This document shows positions 1 through 7,674 of a stretch of DNA of 10,340 nucleotides, one piece after another. Both the position numbers and the translations under genes were made by a program. The notes under the pieces were generated by a model. That model was not told the origin of the DNA and made no database searches. It saw nothing but the letters and a program-made list of their open reading frames with translations. Position 1 is the stretch's first letter. The number at the start of each line of letters is the position of its first letter. Source of the stretch: Elusimicrobiota bacterium (lineage in GTDB: Bacteria; Elusimicrobiota; Elusimicrobia; UBA1565); the NCBI GenBank assembly GCA_043819795.1, contig JBDREN010000201.1, forward strand, positions 1 through 10,340, written 5' to 3'.

Positions 1-128
1 GGTATCTCCTCGCGGCTGACCGGACGGATCACCATCTCCTCCCCGCTGGCGATGGTCATGAATTTCGGGACGAAGGGGGGGAGGGGATTGTCTACCGGAC
101 GCAGGATCTTCTCCAGATCGACTCCCAT
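1..128 (-). CDS. 5' part of a gene running off the window, possibly a GNAT-family N-acetyltransferase-like protein (partial)
   Basis: Not in the ORF track. ATG at 128 with AAGGAGG 5 nt upstream, open to the window edge: MGVDLEKILRPVDNPLPPFVPKFMTIASGEEMVIRPVSREEI. The 'MVIRPVSREEI' segment resembles the first strand-helix of GNAT folds; function is tentative. Confidence 0.6.
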   Translation of the reverse strand, partial: MGVDLEKILRPVDNPLPPFVPKFMTIASGEEMVIRPVSREEI

Positions 129-133
129 GGACG

Positions 134-140
134 CCTCCTT
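134..140 (-). promoter_or_regulatory. Shine-Dalgarno site AAGGAGG for the gene starting at 128
   Basis: + strand cctcctt at 134-140, 5 nt from the ATG. Confidence 0.8.
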
Positions 141-201
141 GGCGGAGTTTGCGGATGTGGTCCTTCTTCAATCTCTTTATCTATTCCCAACAGACTCCTA
201 A

Positions 202-312
202 TCCTGCTGTGTCACAAAAAACCCGCTTCTCGTCTAAAAAGGGCGTATACAGACCATCCAATTTGTGTGAGGCCTGTCCGATGAGGGAAGGAGATTTCGT
301 GACACAGCAGGA
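202..312. mobile_element. 111-bp non-autonomous MITE-like element (IS701/IS5-type target signature)
   Basis: Terminal inverted repeats tcctgctgtgtcacaaaa (202-219) and tttcgtgacacagcagga (295-312) match at 17/18 positions, with the outer 14 perfect. Direct repeat CTAA lies immediately outside both ends (198-201, 313-316). No transposase inside. Confidence 0.75.
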
Positions 313-430
313 CTAACAGAACCGGAGAAAACCGGCCTGAGACTGGCCCTTCCGAGGGAAATGGGGCGCGGATCGCCGCAGAGCCCGCTTGCCAGGAAGC
401 TACGCACTTGCAGGGGCCATAGCAGAAGAC

Positions 431-916
431 TCATCTTCGCGACCCTCTGCGCGAGCGGCCGTCCCGGGGTACAAGCGACTCCGACAACTCGGGGAAGATA
501 TCTTCTACTGCAACGTCGTCCTCCGGAAGTCGGATCCCTTCCCGCTTGCGAGGGATACGCACATAGATGGTGTTGAGATGAATCTGCGCGAACCGGTACT
601 TTCGCTCGCTTATCAGGCGTGCGACACGCGGCATTTTCTTCTGGAGATGGCCGACGGCAAGGCCCTCGGCCGCGGCTGCTTCGAGCAGATCGAGAACGCG
701 CCGGTACGCCCGCACGACCTCGCTACGATTGCGGGCCTCGATCTCCTTCGCGATATCGGCAGAGAGCCTCGTGTTCCCGCTTTCGATCGGTGGATAACGC
801 CACCGTTCGTAGTGATATCTTAGGTAGCTAGAATAGTGGAGGTAGATCCGAACCAAGCCGGCCGAACAGAGGACCGCGATGCATATCTTCAACAATCGCC
901 TCTTCACGACCGACAT
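431..916 (-). CDS. hypothetical protein with an N-terminal membrane anchor or signal sequence (161 aa)
   Basis: Preferred ATG at 916 (MSVVKRRLLKICIAVLCSAGLVRIYL: basic then hydrophobic); helical-looking soluble part; same strand as neighbours. The ORF track extends it to 970. Confidence 0.6.
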   Translation of the reverse strand: MSVVKRRLLKICIAVLCSAGLVRIYLHYSSYLRYHYERWRYPPIESGNTRLSADIAKEIEARNRSEVVRAYRRVLDLLEAAAAEGLAVGHLQKKMPRVARLISERKYRFAQIHLNTIYVRIPRKREGIRLPEDDVAVEDIFPELSESLVPRDGRSRRGSRR

Positions 917-1110
917 CAAATCGCTCAATACCCCCGGAAAGGGCGATCCCGCCACAGCCGACCGGAGCACCTGGCGTGCCGGCTAAGCACTCCCAAATCA
1001 TAGACGGAAAAGGAAGCCGCCGACCTGCTGAGCGACTTATCGACGACTGTTCGTGCCGCTTTCGCTCTACGTGCGAGGGTCGCTTGCGGGGGACCACTGA
1101 ACATGACGGC

Positions 1111-2019
1111 TCACTCTGGAGGCTGGCGCTGTTGCCTCTTCTCCCAGTGATAAACGAGCGGGGCTGCGATAGCCATGCTGGAGTAGGTCCCCACGATCAC
1201 GCCGAAGGTCAACGTGAGGGCGAAATCATGGATGACTGTACCGCCGACAAGGAGCAGCACTATAACGGCAAACAAGGTGGTCATCGATGTAATGATGGTC
1301 CGAGAAATCGTCCCGTTGATGCTGTCGTTCAACACCGCATGCAGGGGCTCACGACTCAGGACGCGCATCTTCTCGCGCATCCGGTCAAAAATCACTATCG
1401 AGTCGTTGATTGAGTAGCCGGCAATGGTCAGCAGGGCCGCCACGAGCACAAGGTCCAGCTCCATCTGGAGCGCCGCGAAAAGGCCCAGCGCCGCGAGAAC
1501 GTCGTGAGCGAGAGCGGCGACGCCGGCGATGCCCCATAACGGATTTGAAAAGCGGAATGCGACATAGCAGACGATGCCCAACAGCGAGAAGACGATCGCG
1601 AATAAGGCCCGCCTGTATAGATGCCGGCCGACGGTTGGGCCCACGTACTCCTTCCTGTCGACCTCGAACGTCATCCCCGGGCTCGCGGCTCCCAGGGCCG
1701 CAATCAGTTCATCGACCACTCCGGCCGATTCATCATCGGCGCCCTTGATCCGGATAGCGAAGGAGTTGGACCCGGTGAAATGCTGCGTCAGAGCGCCTTC
1801 AAAACCTGCCTTTCGCAGGTCGCCGCGCAGGTTCGCGAGGGTCTGGGGGCTCTCGTAGGTTATCTGGACGAAGATGCCGCCAGTGAACTCGATCCCATAG
1901 TTGAGCCCGCGAGTGAGCAAGACGGAGATGCTGGCCGCAAGCATGACGCCAGACATCACGAACCAGACGGCGCGCTTGCCGATGAAGTCGAAAGTGGGCG
2001 TCTCTTTGAATATTCGCAT
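1111..2019 (-). CDS. secF: protein translocase subunit SecF
   Basis: Motifs FDFIGKR, GLNYGIEFTGG, VGPTVG, ALAHD, GYSINDSIVIFDRMRE, TISRTIITS and GTYSS; six TM segments; starts 3 nt after the secD stop. Confidence 0.97.
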   Translation of the reverse strand: MRIFKETPTFDFIGKRAVWFVMSGVMLAASISVLLTRGLNYGIEFTGGIFVQITYESPQTLANLRGDLRKAGFEGALTQHFTGSNSFAIRIKGADDESAGVVDELIAALGAASPGMTFEVDRKEYVGPTVGRHLYRRALFAIVFSLLGIVCYVAFRFSNPLWGIAGVAALAHDVLAALGLFAALQMELDLVLVAALLTIAGYSINDSIVIFDRMREKMRVLSREPLHAVLNDSINGTISRTIITSMTTLFAVIVLLLVGGTVIHDFALTLTFGVIVGTYSSMAIAAPLVYHWEKRQQRQPPE

Positions 2020-2022
2020 AGG

Positions 2023-3432
2023 CTAAATGCTCAGTGTGTCGGCGGGTCCGAATGCCAGATAAGCGCGGAACATCATGCGCGTGACGATGATGGCCGTGAA
2101 CATGCTACAGAGGATGCCCAGCGATAGCGTGACCGCGAATCCCTTGATCGGCCCCGTTCCGAACTGAAACAGGAAAAGCGCAGCGACCAGCGTGGTCACG
2201 TTGGCGTCGATGATCGCGGAAAACGCCTTTGCATATCCTGTGTCCACCGCGATCCTGGTCGGCTTGCCGAGTTCCAGCTCCTCGCGGATGCGCTGAAAGA
2301 CGAGCACGTTGGCGTCAATGGCCATGCCGACCGTCAGAAGAATCCCTGCGATGCCCGGCAAGGTCAACGTGGCGTTGAAATAAGACATCATGGCGAGCAC
2401 GAAGAGCAGATTGAGCATCATCGCGACATCCGCAAAAAGACCGGCCATGCGGTAGTAGATCAGCATGAAGACCATGACCAGCATGACCCCGACTATGCAG
2501 GCCCGCAGGCCCTTGCGGATGGAGTCCGCGCCGAGCGTCGCGCCGACGGTCCGCTCCTCAATGATCCTCAAGGGGGCCGGCAGCGCGCCGGCCCGCAACA
2601 CGATCGCGAGTTTGCGCGCTTCTTCCATGCGGAAGGTGCCCTCAATGATGCCGCTGCCTCCGAGGATCGGTTCTTCGATGAGCGGCGCGGACTGCACGAT
2701 CCCGTCGAGCACGATCGCCATATCCCTGCCGACATTGGCTCTCGTGAAGCTGCCGAAAAGCCTGCCGCCTTCCGGCTTAAATTCGAAGGCGACTAGGGGC
2801 AGCCCATTGTCGCCGGTCTCGACCCGCGCGGAGTCCAGGTGGGCGCCGGTCACCGCCGCCGTGTCTCGCAGGACGTGGTATCCGCCCTCCCGCGAACGAA
2901 AAAGCATGGTCCCTTGGGGCAGCAGCCGCGCCGCGGCCGGCGAGATCGCGTCGTCGATAAACGGATCGCCTAGTTCATATATCTTTTGTACCGCGCTCTG
3001 AGCGGCGTCTGAGGAGTCTACGAGGCGAAACTCCAGCAACGCCGTCTGGCCGATCACCTCCTTGGCGAGACGCGAGTCCCGTATGCCGGGAAGCTGCACG
3101 ACTATCCAACGTTCCCCTTGGCGGGCGATCAGCGGCTCGGCGACGCCGAGTTGATCGACGCGGTTGCGGATGATCTCGATCGCGCGATCCAGCGCGTCGG
3201 CGATATCGGCGTCAGGACGCAGGTGCTCGACCGCGAGCTCCATGAGGAGCTGCGTTCCGCCCTTAAGGTCAAGGCCGAGATTCAGCAGCCGCTTGGGACG
3301 CAGGCGGCTGGCCTCAAGCCGCTCCCGCTGACCGGCGTCTTTGGAATACCAATCGACCGTTGGGTAGAGCAGGAACAACGAGAAAGCGATCAGCGCTGCC
3401 ACGCCCGCCCATTTCATCTGCAGTTTGGTCAT
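2023..3432 (-). CDS. secD: protein translocase subunit SecD (469 aa)
   Basis: Motifs LNLGLDLKGG, IIRNRVDQLGVAEP, IVVQLPG, AIVLDG, LRAGALPAP, TLPGIAGILLTVGMAIDANVL, IIDANVTT and GTGPIKGFAVTL. Start placed at ATG 3432 (MTKLQMKW, just before TM1); the ORF track extension to 3525 looks non-coding. Confidence 0.97.
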   Translation of the reverse strand: MTKLQMKWAGVAALIAFSLFLLYPTVDWYSKDAGQRERLEASRLRPKRLLNLGLDLKGGTQLLMELAVEHLRPDADIADALDRAIEIIRNRVDQLGVAEPLIARQGERWIVVQLPGIRDSRLAKEVIGQTALLEFRLVDSSDAAQSAVQKIYELGDPFIDDAISPAAARLLPQGTMLFRSREGGYHVLRDTAAVTGAHLDSARVETGDNGLPLVAFEFKPEGGRLFGSFTRANVGRDMAIVLDGIVQSAPLIEEPILGGSGIIEGTFRMEEARKLAIVLRAGALPAPLRIIEERTVGATLGADSIRKGLRACIVGVMLVMVFMLIYYRMAGLFADVAMMLNLLFVLAMMSYFNATLTLPGIAGILLTVGMAIDANVLVFQRIREELELGKPTRIAVDTGYAKAFSAIIDANVTTLVAALFLFQFGTGPIKGFAVTLSLGILCSMFTAIIVTRMMFRAYLAFGPADTLSI

Positions 3433-3542
3433 CAGCGCGTGGTGATCCAAGAATATCTGGCTTTTGGTGTCATCATTCGAAGCGGATTGTTCGAATATTG
3501 CCGTTGGGATTGTCCAAGAATCCAAGACTCATCTTCAGCCTC

Positions 3543-6500
3543 TTATTCGATGGCGAGGAGGAAGCTCTCCAGGTCCCGAGCCTGCGCCACGTTGAGATGC
3601 GAGGTCCCCCCGTGCGTGTCCATCATAAACGTCCGCTCCTCGAGGAAGCTCAGCTCGTTAAAGCCCCGCTCGCGGCGGCTCTCCCGCACCCGCTCGCCCC
3701 CCCTCAACGCCGGGTACTTGAACCGTCTCAAGGCGTAGTGCTTGGGAGCGGCGAACGTTTCCAGGACGGACATGGCACGTCCATGATGCAGGAAAGCGAA
3801 GGGCCGATCGAAGAGGCCCCTCAGCGGGAAGGTCGTGACGCTCCCCTCCTGGCGCTCGACCCGCCCCGTCTCCCAGTACTCGAGGTCCCTCTTATGGTCG
3901 TTCACCCTGTCCATCCAGTGCGGGCCGACCAGCGTGAACGCCTTCTCCCTGCGGGTAAAGCTGATGATGGAGGGGAGGACGCGCTCATTGTTGTGGTAGA
4001 GGATCTCCGCCTTGTCCGTGAACTCGGGCGGCTTATGGCAGATGACGCAGCCCACGCCCAGGTCGTTGAAGAGGAGCTTGCCTCTGGCGACCGAGGGGTT
4101 GCGGGGATCGTACGGATTCGGCATGAGCCGGGTCTCCGCGGCCTGATACTCCCCGATGAACCGCTGGAAGTCCCGGAAGTTGAAGGCCTTGCCGAAGTAC
4201 TCCAGGGTGCGCCTGCGCATGTGCTCATCGCGCCGCTCCCTCAAGTCGTCGTAGGCGTCCCCCCAGGGCGCCGTGGACATCTTGTCCTGGATCTCCTCGT
4301 GCTCCTTCTTCCTCCGGCTCTTCGGGACCGAGGAGAAGAGGCCCGTGAAGTCCCCGTGGGGATTCGGCTCCAAAAACGCCTGCAGCGTGACGTGCTCCCT
4401 GGCGTCGTCGAACTGCGCGTCGAAGGCCGTGTGCGTGCCTTCGAAGTAGAACGGCTGGGTCGCGAAGAGGTTCCTGAGCTGCGGGATGGCCAGAAGGCCG
4501 CCGTTGACGAACTTCCCGTCGCGCATCTGGGCGATGGCCTGGCCCGCGCCCCAGCCCCTGGCGTCGCTCAGGCCGTAGATGTGGCAGGATTGGCAGGAGG
4601 TGTCGTTGTCGGCTGAGAAGATGTTGGTGTTCACGAACATCTCCCCCCTCTCGGCGTTTGAGTCCGGGACCGGCCGGGAGAGGTCTCCAACCACGTACTC
4701 CTCCGACTTCCCCGTGCGGCGGTCGATCACGCTCACCGTCTCGCCCATGAAGTTGCTGACGAAGACCTTCCCTTCGGCGGGGGTGCCCTCCGGGCCCACG
4801 ACCACGGCCCGCGGCATGATGCCGGTCTTATAGACCGCCACAGGCTCCAGGATGTCCGAGGCCTCCCGTGCCGCCGGGTCGATCCTGTACTCGACCAGCT
4901 CGTAGGAACCGAGCATCGCCACGAAGGCCCTGTCTCCCCGCACAGCGATGCCCTCCGGGAAGGACCCCACGACGCGCTGGAGTTCCGGAGGGATGTCGCC
5001 GCTGATGTCCTGCGGCAGGATCTCGGCCGAGTCCGAGGTGTAGCGCACCCAATCCCAGTGCGCCTCGTAGCGGTTGGCCATGAGCGCGTAGCGCAGCCGG
5101 CCCCGTCCCGACTTGGGCGGGATTTTGAGGCCGCCCGCGTCCACCACGATGATGTCGTTCTGGATGTCCGTCATCTTGAAACCGGCCGTGCCGTCGATCG
5201 CGTCGAACCGGCCGAGGACCTTCTGCTTCTCGATCGGCAGGGGCGCGGTCGTGGCGGTGTCGCGGATGACCGTGAACTGGGCCGCGGCGTGATCCCGGTC
5301 CTCCGTCTCGCCGCCTAGGGGGTCCCGCTCCTTGGCCGCGCCGAAGCCGACGCCCATGGAGAGCGCGATCAGGAGGTCCCGGCCCGTCCTCTCGTCGTAA
5401 TGCATGGCCAGGTCGGTGACGAGGTTCTGGGTGTAGATGCCGCTGACCTCCTCCAGCTTCTCAACGTCGATGATGGAGATGTCCTGCGTGCCGAGGTTGC
5501 CCACGAAAAGGTACTTCTCGTCGGAACTGAGATACAGGCTGCGCGGCTTGGACCCGAAGTTCCCCACGGGGATGCCGGGGCCGGTCCCGGCCGAGTCGAT
5601 CCATTCGGCGACCGCGCGGTAGCCGGAATCGCCCTTGCTCCAGATCACCCTTCCCCCGGCGTGGAAGTTGTTGCCGGCACGGTCGTCGGCGAACCCGCCT
5701 TCCTTGACCGAGCGCACGGCCCGGAGCAGGACGCTGTCTTCCGCGTCTCCCGCCACGGAGTTGTGCATGGCGGAGAAAAAGCTCTTGAGGCGGTCCTTGC
5801 CCGCGTAGAAGCCGCTCTTGGGAGCGGCGTGGCACTCCGCCCCGCCGCAGGAATGGTTCAGCGCCCCGTAGACCCCGGAGCTCCCGTCGGCCTCCGCCTT
5901 GAAGGAACTGTCGTCGTAGCCGCCCAGCTCCAGCATCCCGCCCTTGAAGGAGCTCCCCACGGCCTCGATGTCGACCACGAGCACCTGGTTCAGGTACCGG
6001 TTGCTGACGAACGCGCGCGTCCCCGCCTTGTTGAAAACGATGTACTGGCAGTAAAAGTCCAGCGGGATTTCCGAGACGACCGCGTCCTTTCTCGTATCGA
6101 TCACGGAGGCATAGTTGGAGAGCTGGTTCAGGACCACCAGGAAACGGCCGCCGGGATGGAAGGCAACATGCATGGGGCTTGAGCCCACCCGGATCCGCCC
6201 GACGACCTCCTTGCCGACCGTATCGAAGACCGCGACCTCGCTGCCGGGCTCGAGCTCGTTGCCGGTCAGGGAGACGTAGAGCTTCCGCCCGTCCGGGGAG
6301 ATCCCCATGTACCAGGGGTGGTCCCTGTGGGGCTGGGGCTCGGGATGGGGGTTGTTGGGCGCGACCGGCTTGAGGTCCTCTCTCTTATACTTGTCCCCGT
6401 AGGCCCATCGGGAGCTGGTCAGGATCCCGTATTTAGACGGATTACTGTAGCCGGACCGCGCGGATGCCGAGTCCGAGGGCGGATCGGGGACGAACGCCTG

Positions 6501-6587
6501 GGTCCCGGAGCGCGTGAGGGTGAAGAGAATGACCAGGACGAAAATCCCCGCCAAGAGGACATCCAACGACCGCCGGGGACCTCTCAT
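3543..6587 (-). CDS. exported YVTN/YncE-type beta-propeller fused to a di-heme cytochrome c peroxidase/MauG-like domain, with an additional inserted heme c domain (1014 aa)
   Basis: N-terminal signal/anchor. YVTN-like blades: ISPDGRKLYVS, FHPGGRFLVVLN, GTRAFVSN, DEKYLFVGN, GDRAFVA, GKVFVSNFMGETVSVID. Heme motifs CGGAECH (aa 247-253), CQSCH (665-669) and CVICH (847-851). CCP-like context: RGEMF..SCQSCH, PQLRNL, RGKLLF..GCVICHKPPEFTD, PLRGLF..FLHHGRA, DLESFL. GGGAGG RBS. Confidence 0.88.
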   Translation of the reverse strand: MRGPRRSLDVLLAGIFVLVILFTLTRSGTQAFVPDPPSDSASARSGYSNPSKYGILTSSRWAYGDKYKREDLKPVAPNNPHPEPQPHRDHPWYMGISPDGRKLYVSLTGNELEPGSEVAVFDTVGKEVVGRIRVGSSPMHVAFHPGGRFLVVLNQLSNYASVIDTRKDAVVSEIPLDFYCQYIVFNKAGTRAFVSNRYLNQVLVVDIEAVGSSFKGGMLELGGYDDSSFKAEADGSSGVYGALNHSCGGAECHAAPKSGFYAGKDRLKSFFSAMHNSVAGDAEDSVLLRAVRSVKEGGFADDRAGNNFHAGGRVIWSKGDSGYRAVAEWIDSAGTGPGIPVGNFGSKPRSLYLSSDEKYLFVGNLGTQDISIIDVEKLEEVSGIYTQNLVTDLAMHYDERTGRDLLIALSMGVGFGAAKERDPLGGETEDRDHAAAQFTVIRDTATTAPLPIEKQKVLGRFDAIDGTAGFKMTDIQNDIIVVDAGGLKIPPKSGRGRLRYALMANRYEAHWDWVRYTSDSAEILPQDISGDIPPELQRVVGSFPEGIAVRGDRAFVAMLGSYELVEYRIDPAAREASDILEPVAVYKTGIMPRAVVVGPEGTPAEGKVFVSNFMGETVSVIDRRTGKSEEYVVGDLSRPVPDSNAERGEMFVNTNIFSADNDTSCQSCHIYGLSDARGWGAGQAIAQMRDGKFVNGGLLAIPQLRNLFATQPFYFEGTHTAFDAQFDDAREHVTLQAFLEPNPHGDFTGLFSSVPKSRRKKEHEEIQDKMSTAPWGDAYDDLRERRDEHMRRRTLEYFGKAFNFRDFQRFIGEYQAAETRLMPNPYDPRNPSVARGKLLFNDLGVGCVICHKPPEFTDKAEILYHNNERVLPSIISFTRREKAFTLVGPHWMDRVNDHKRDLEYWETGRVERQEGSVTTFPLRGLFDRPFAFLHHGRAMSVLETFAAPKHYALRRFKYPALRGGERVRESRRERGFNELSFLEERTFMMDTHGGTSHLNVAQARDLESFLLAIE

Positions 6588-6596
6588 CTTCCAACG

Positions 6597-6602
6597 CCTC
6601 CC
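6597..6602 (-). promoter_or_regulatory. Shine-Dalgarno site GGGAGG for the 1014-aa gene
   Basis: + strand cctccc, 9 nt from the ATG at 6587. Confidence 0.7.
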
Positions 6603-6626
6603 GCCGCCAAGAAGGGTGCCCCCAAT

Positions 6627-6643
6627 CGAACATCGCCGAACAT
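6627..6643. repeat. 7-bp direct repeat CGAACAT-cgc-CGAACAT (10-bp period), possible operator
   Basis: Exact copies at 6627-6633 and 6637-6643, about 40 nt upstream of the 1014-aa gene start. Confidence 0.3.
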
Positions 6644-6714
6644 TCTTTCGCGACGACGACCATGCCGGCCGGGGGACCGGAGCGAAGACGTGGGCGAAGC
6701 AGGGGCTCTATGCG

Positions 6715-7572
6715 TCATACGAGAAGCAGGGGGATGTCCTTGAGCTCAACGGCTAGCGAGTAGCCTGCGCCAGGCATGGCGAGGTGAGCCGCATCATTCA
6801 AGGCGAGGATCACGAAGTCCGCCTCACGAGTTCGAATAAGCTCCCGGCAACGGTCAATGATGTGGCCAATCTCGATGACCCCTTGAACGCGTATGTCGGG
6901 ACGTCTCTTCTGAAGGATTTGGGTCACCGACTCGATGTACTGCCGGGGTTCGACGAGGAGCTGCCTCCGAATGTGCTCGCGGGCGACGTCGGTGCTGATC
7001 TCGGGAATCTTTTCGATCGCCGCGAGATAGCGGTCGAAGATGTCCTGGTCCTCCAGGTGGCAAAACGTCAATTCGCCGCCTTCGGCGGTGAAGCGCACGC
7101 CGTAATTTACGAGAGAGTGCGCACCGCAAAGGTGGCTCGTTACGACCATCACCGAGCCGCAGGCCGCGCCAGGTCGGATCGCGGTTTCACCATCCGGGTC
7201 CGGAAGGACGAGCACAGGGATTCGGAGGGCCCGGGCCATGGTGTCGAGGAAGGCCCCCAGGCTTGACTTCGTGTTATCGTGCACCTCCTGAAGCAGCCGA
7301 TAGGTGACAATGAGTGAAGGTTCATGCCTCTCTATGTGGGCTCTAAGATGCGCCCAGCCGATATAGTTGTGCTTATGCAGTGAGATCCACCGTGATTTTC
7401 CCGAAGGCAATATCGCGCCGAAGAGCTGCCGCACCTTGCTTTCGTATGCGGCGATGTCCTTGGGGTCGAGGTCCGTCACGAGCAAGATGGTGTCGAGGCG
7501 GATATCACAATGCTCATAGGATTGGCGGATTGCGCGTTTGAAAACAGATTCAAAGACGTCAGGGTTATCCAT
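6715..7572 (-). CDS. tandem universal stress protein (USP)-like protein (285 aa)
   Basis: Two USP-like units: ILLVTD...PSLIVT...SLGAFLDTMARALRIPVLVLP and VMVVTS...LTFCHL...ADFVIL...SLAVELKDIPLLLV. ATG at 7572 with GGAG upstream. Confidence 0.7.
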   Translation of the reverse strand: MDNPDVFESVFKRAIRQSYEHCDIRLDTILLVTDLDPKDIAAYESKVRQLFGAILPSGKSRWISLHKHNYIGWAHLRAHIERHEPSLIVTYRLLQEVHDNTKSSLGAFLDTMARALRIPVLVLPDPDGETAIRPGAACGSVMVVTSHLCGAHSLVNYGVRFTAEGGELTFCHLEDQDIFDRYLAAIEKIPEISTDVAREHIRRQLLVEPRQYIESVTQILQKRRPDIRVQGVIEIGHIIDRCRELIRTREADFVILALNDAAHLAMPGAGYSLAVELKDIPLLLV

Positions 7573-7674
7573 TCTTTCTCCGACGCTTCCGCACACGCAT
7601 GCGGTGACCGATCGGCCCCTTCATGCGAAAGAGTGCTCCTGGCGCCGCCAAATCATCCACTGGCATAACGAGGA

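Noticed and set aside
270..300. ccgatgag..gaa resembling a hammerhead ribozyme core
   Set aside because: The core CTGATGA and GAAA are not matched and no supporting three-stem pairing was found.
983..1009. TAAGCACTC resembling a CIRCE half-site
   Set aside because: The second half-site (GAGTGCTAA after 9 nt) is absent.
3433..3525. 31-aa N-terminal extension of SecD in the ORF track, and three CTTGGA copies in this spacer
   Set aside because: The extension has no SecD-like character and TM1 follows Met32. The short repeats are irregularly spaced and cannot be assigned a function.
3360..4616. 418-aa plus-strand ORF (also 5400-6182, 3118-3738, 2465-3001, 7912-8541 and others)
   Set aside because: These lie antisense to well-supported genes and have no recognisable motifs; long shadow ORFs are expected opposite high-GC3 coding sequence.
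6560..6587. Twin-arginine (PRRSL) Tat signal in the 1014-aa protein
   Set aside because: Poor match to S/T-R-R-x-F-L-K, and c-type cytochromes are normally Sec substrates.
6628..6641. GAAC..GAAC as an alphaproteobacterial LexA box
   Set aside because: Spacing is N6 rather than the required N7.
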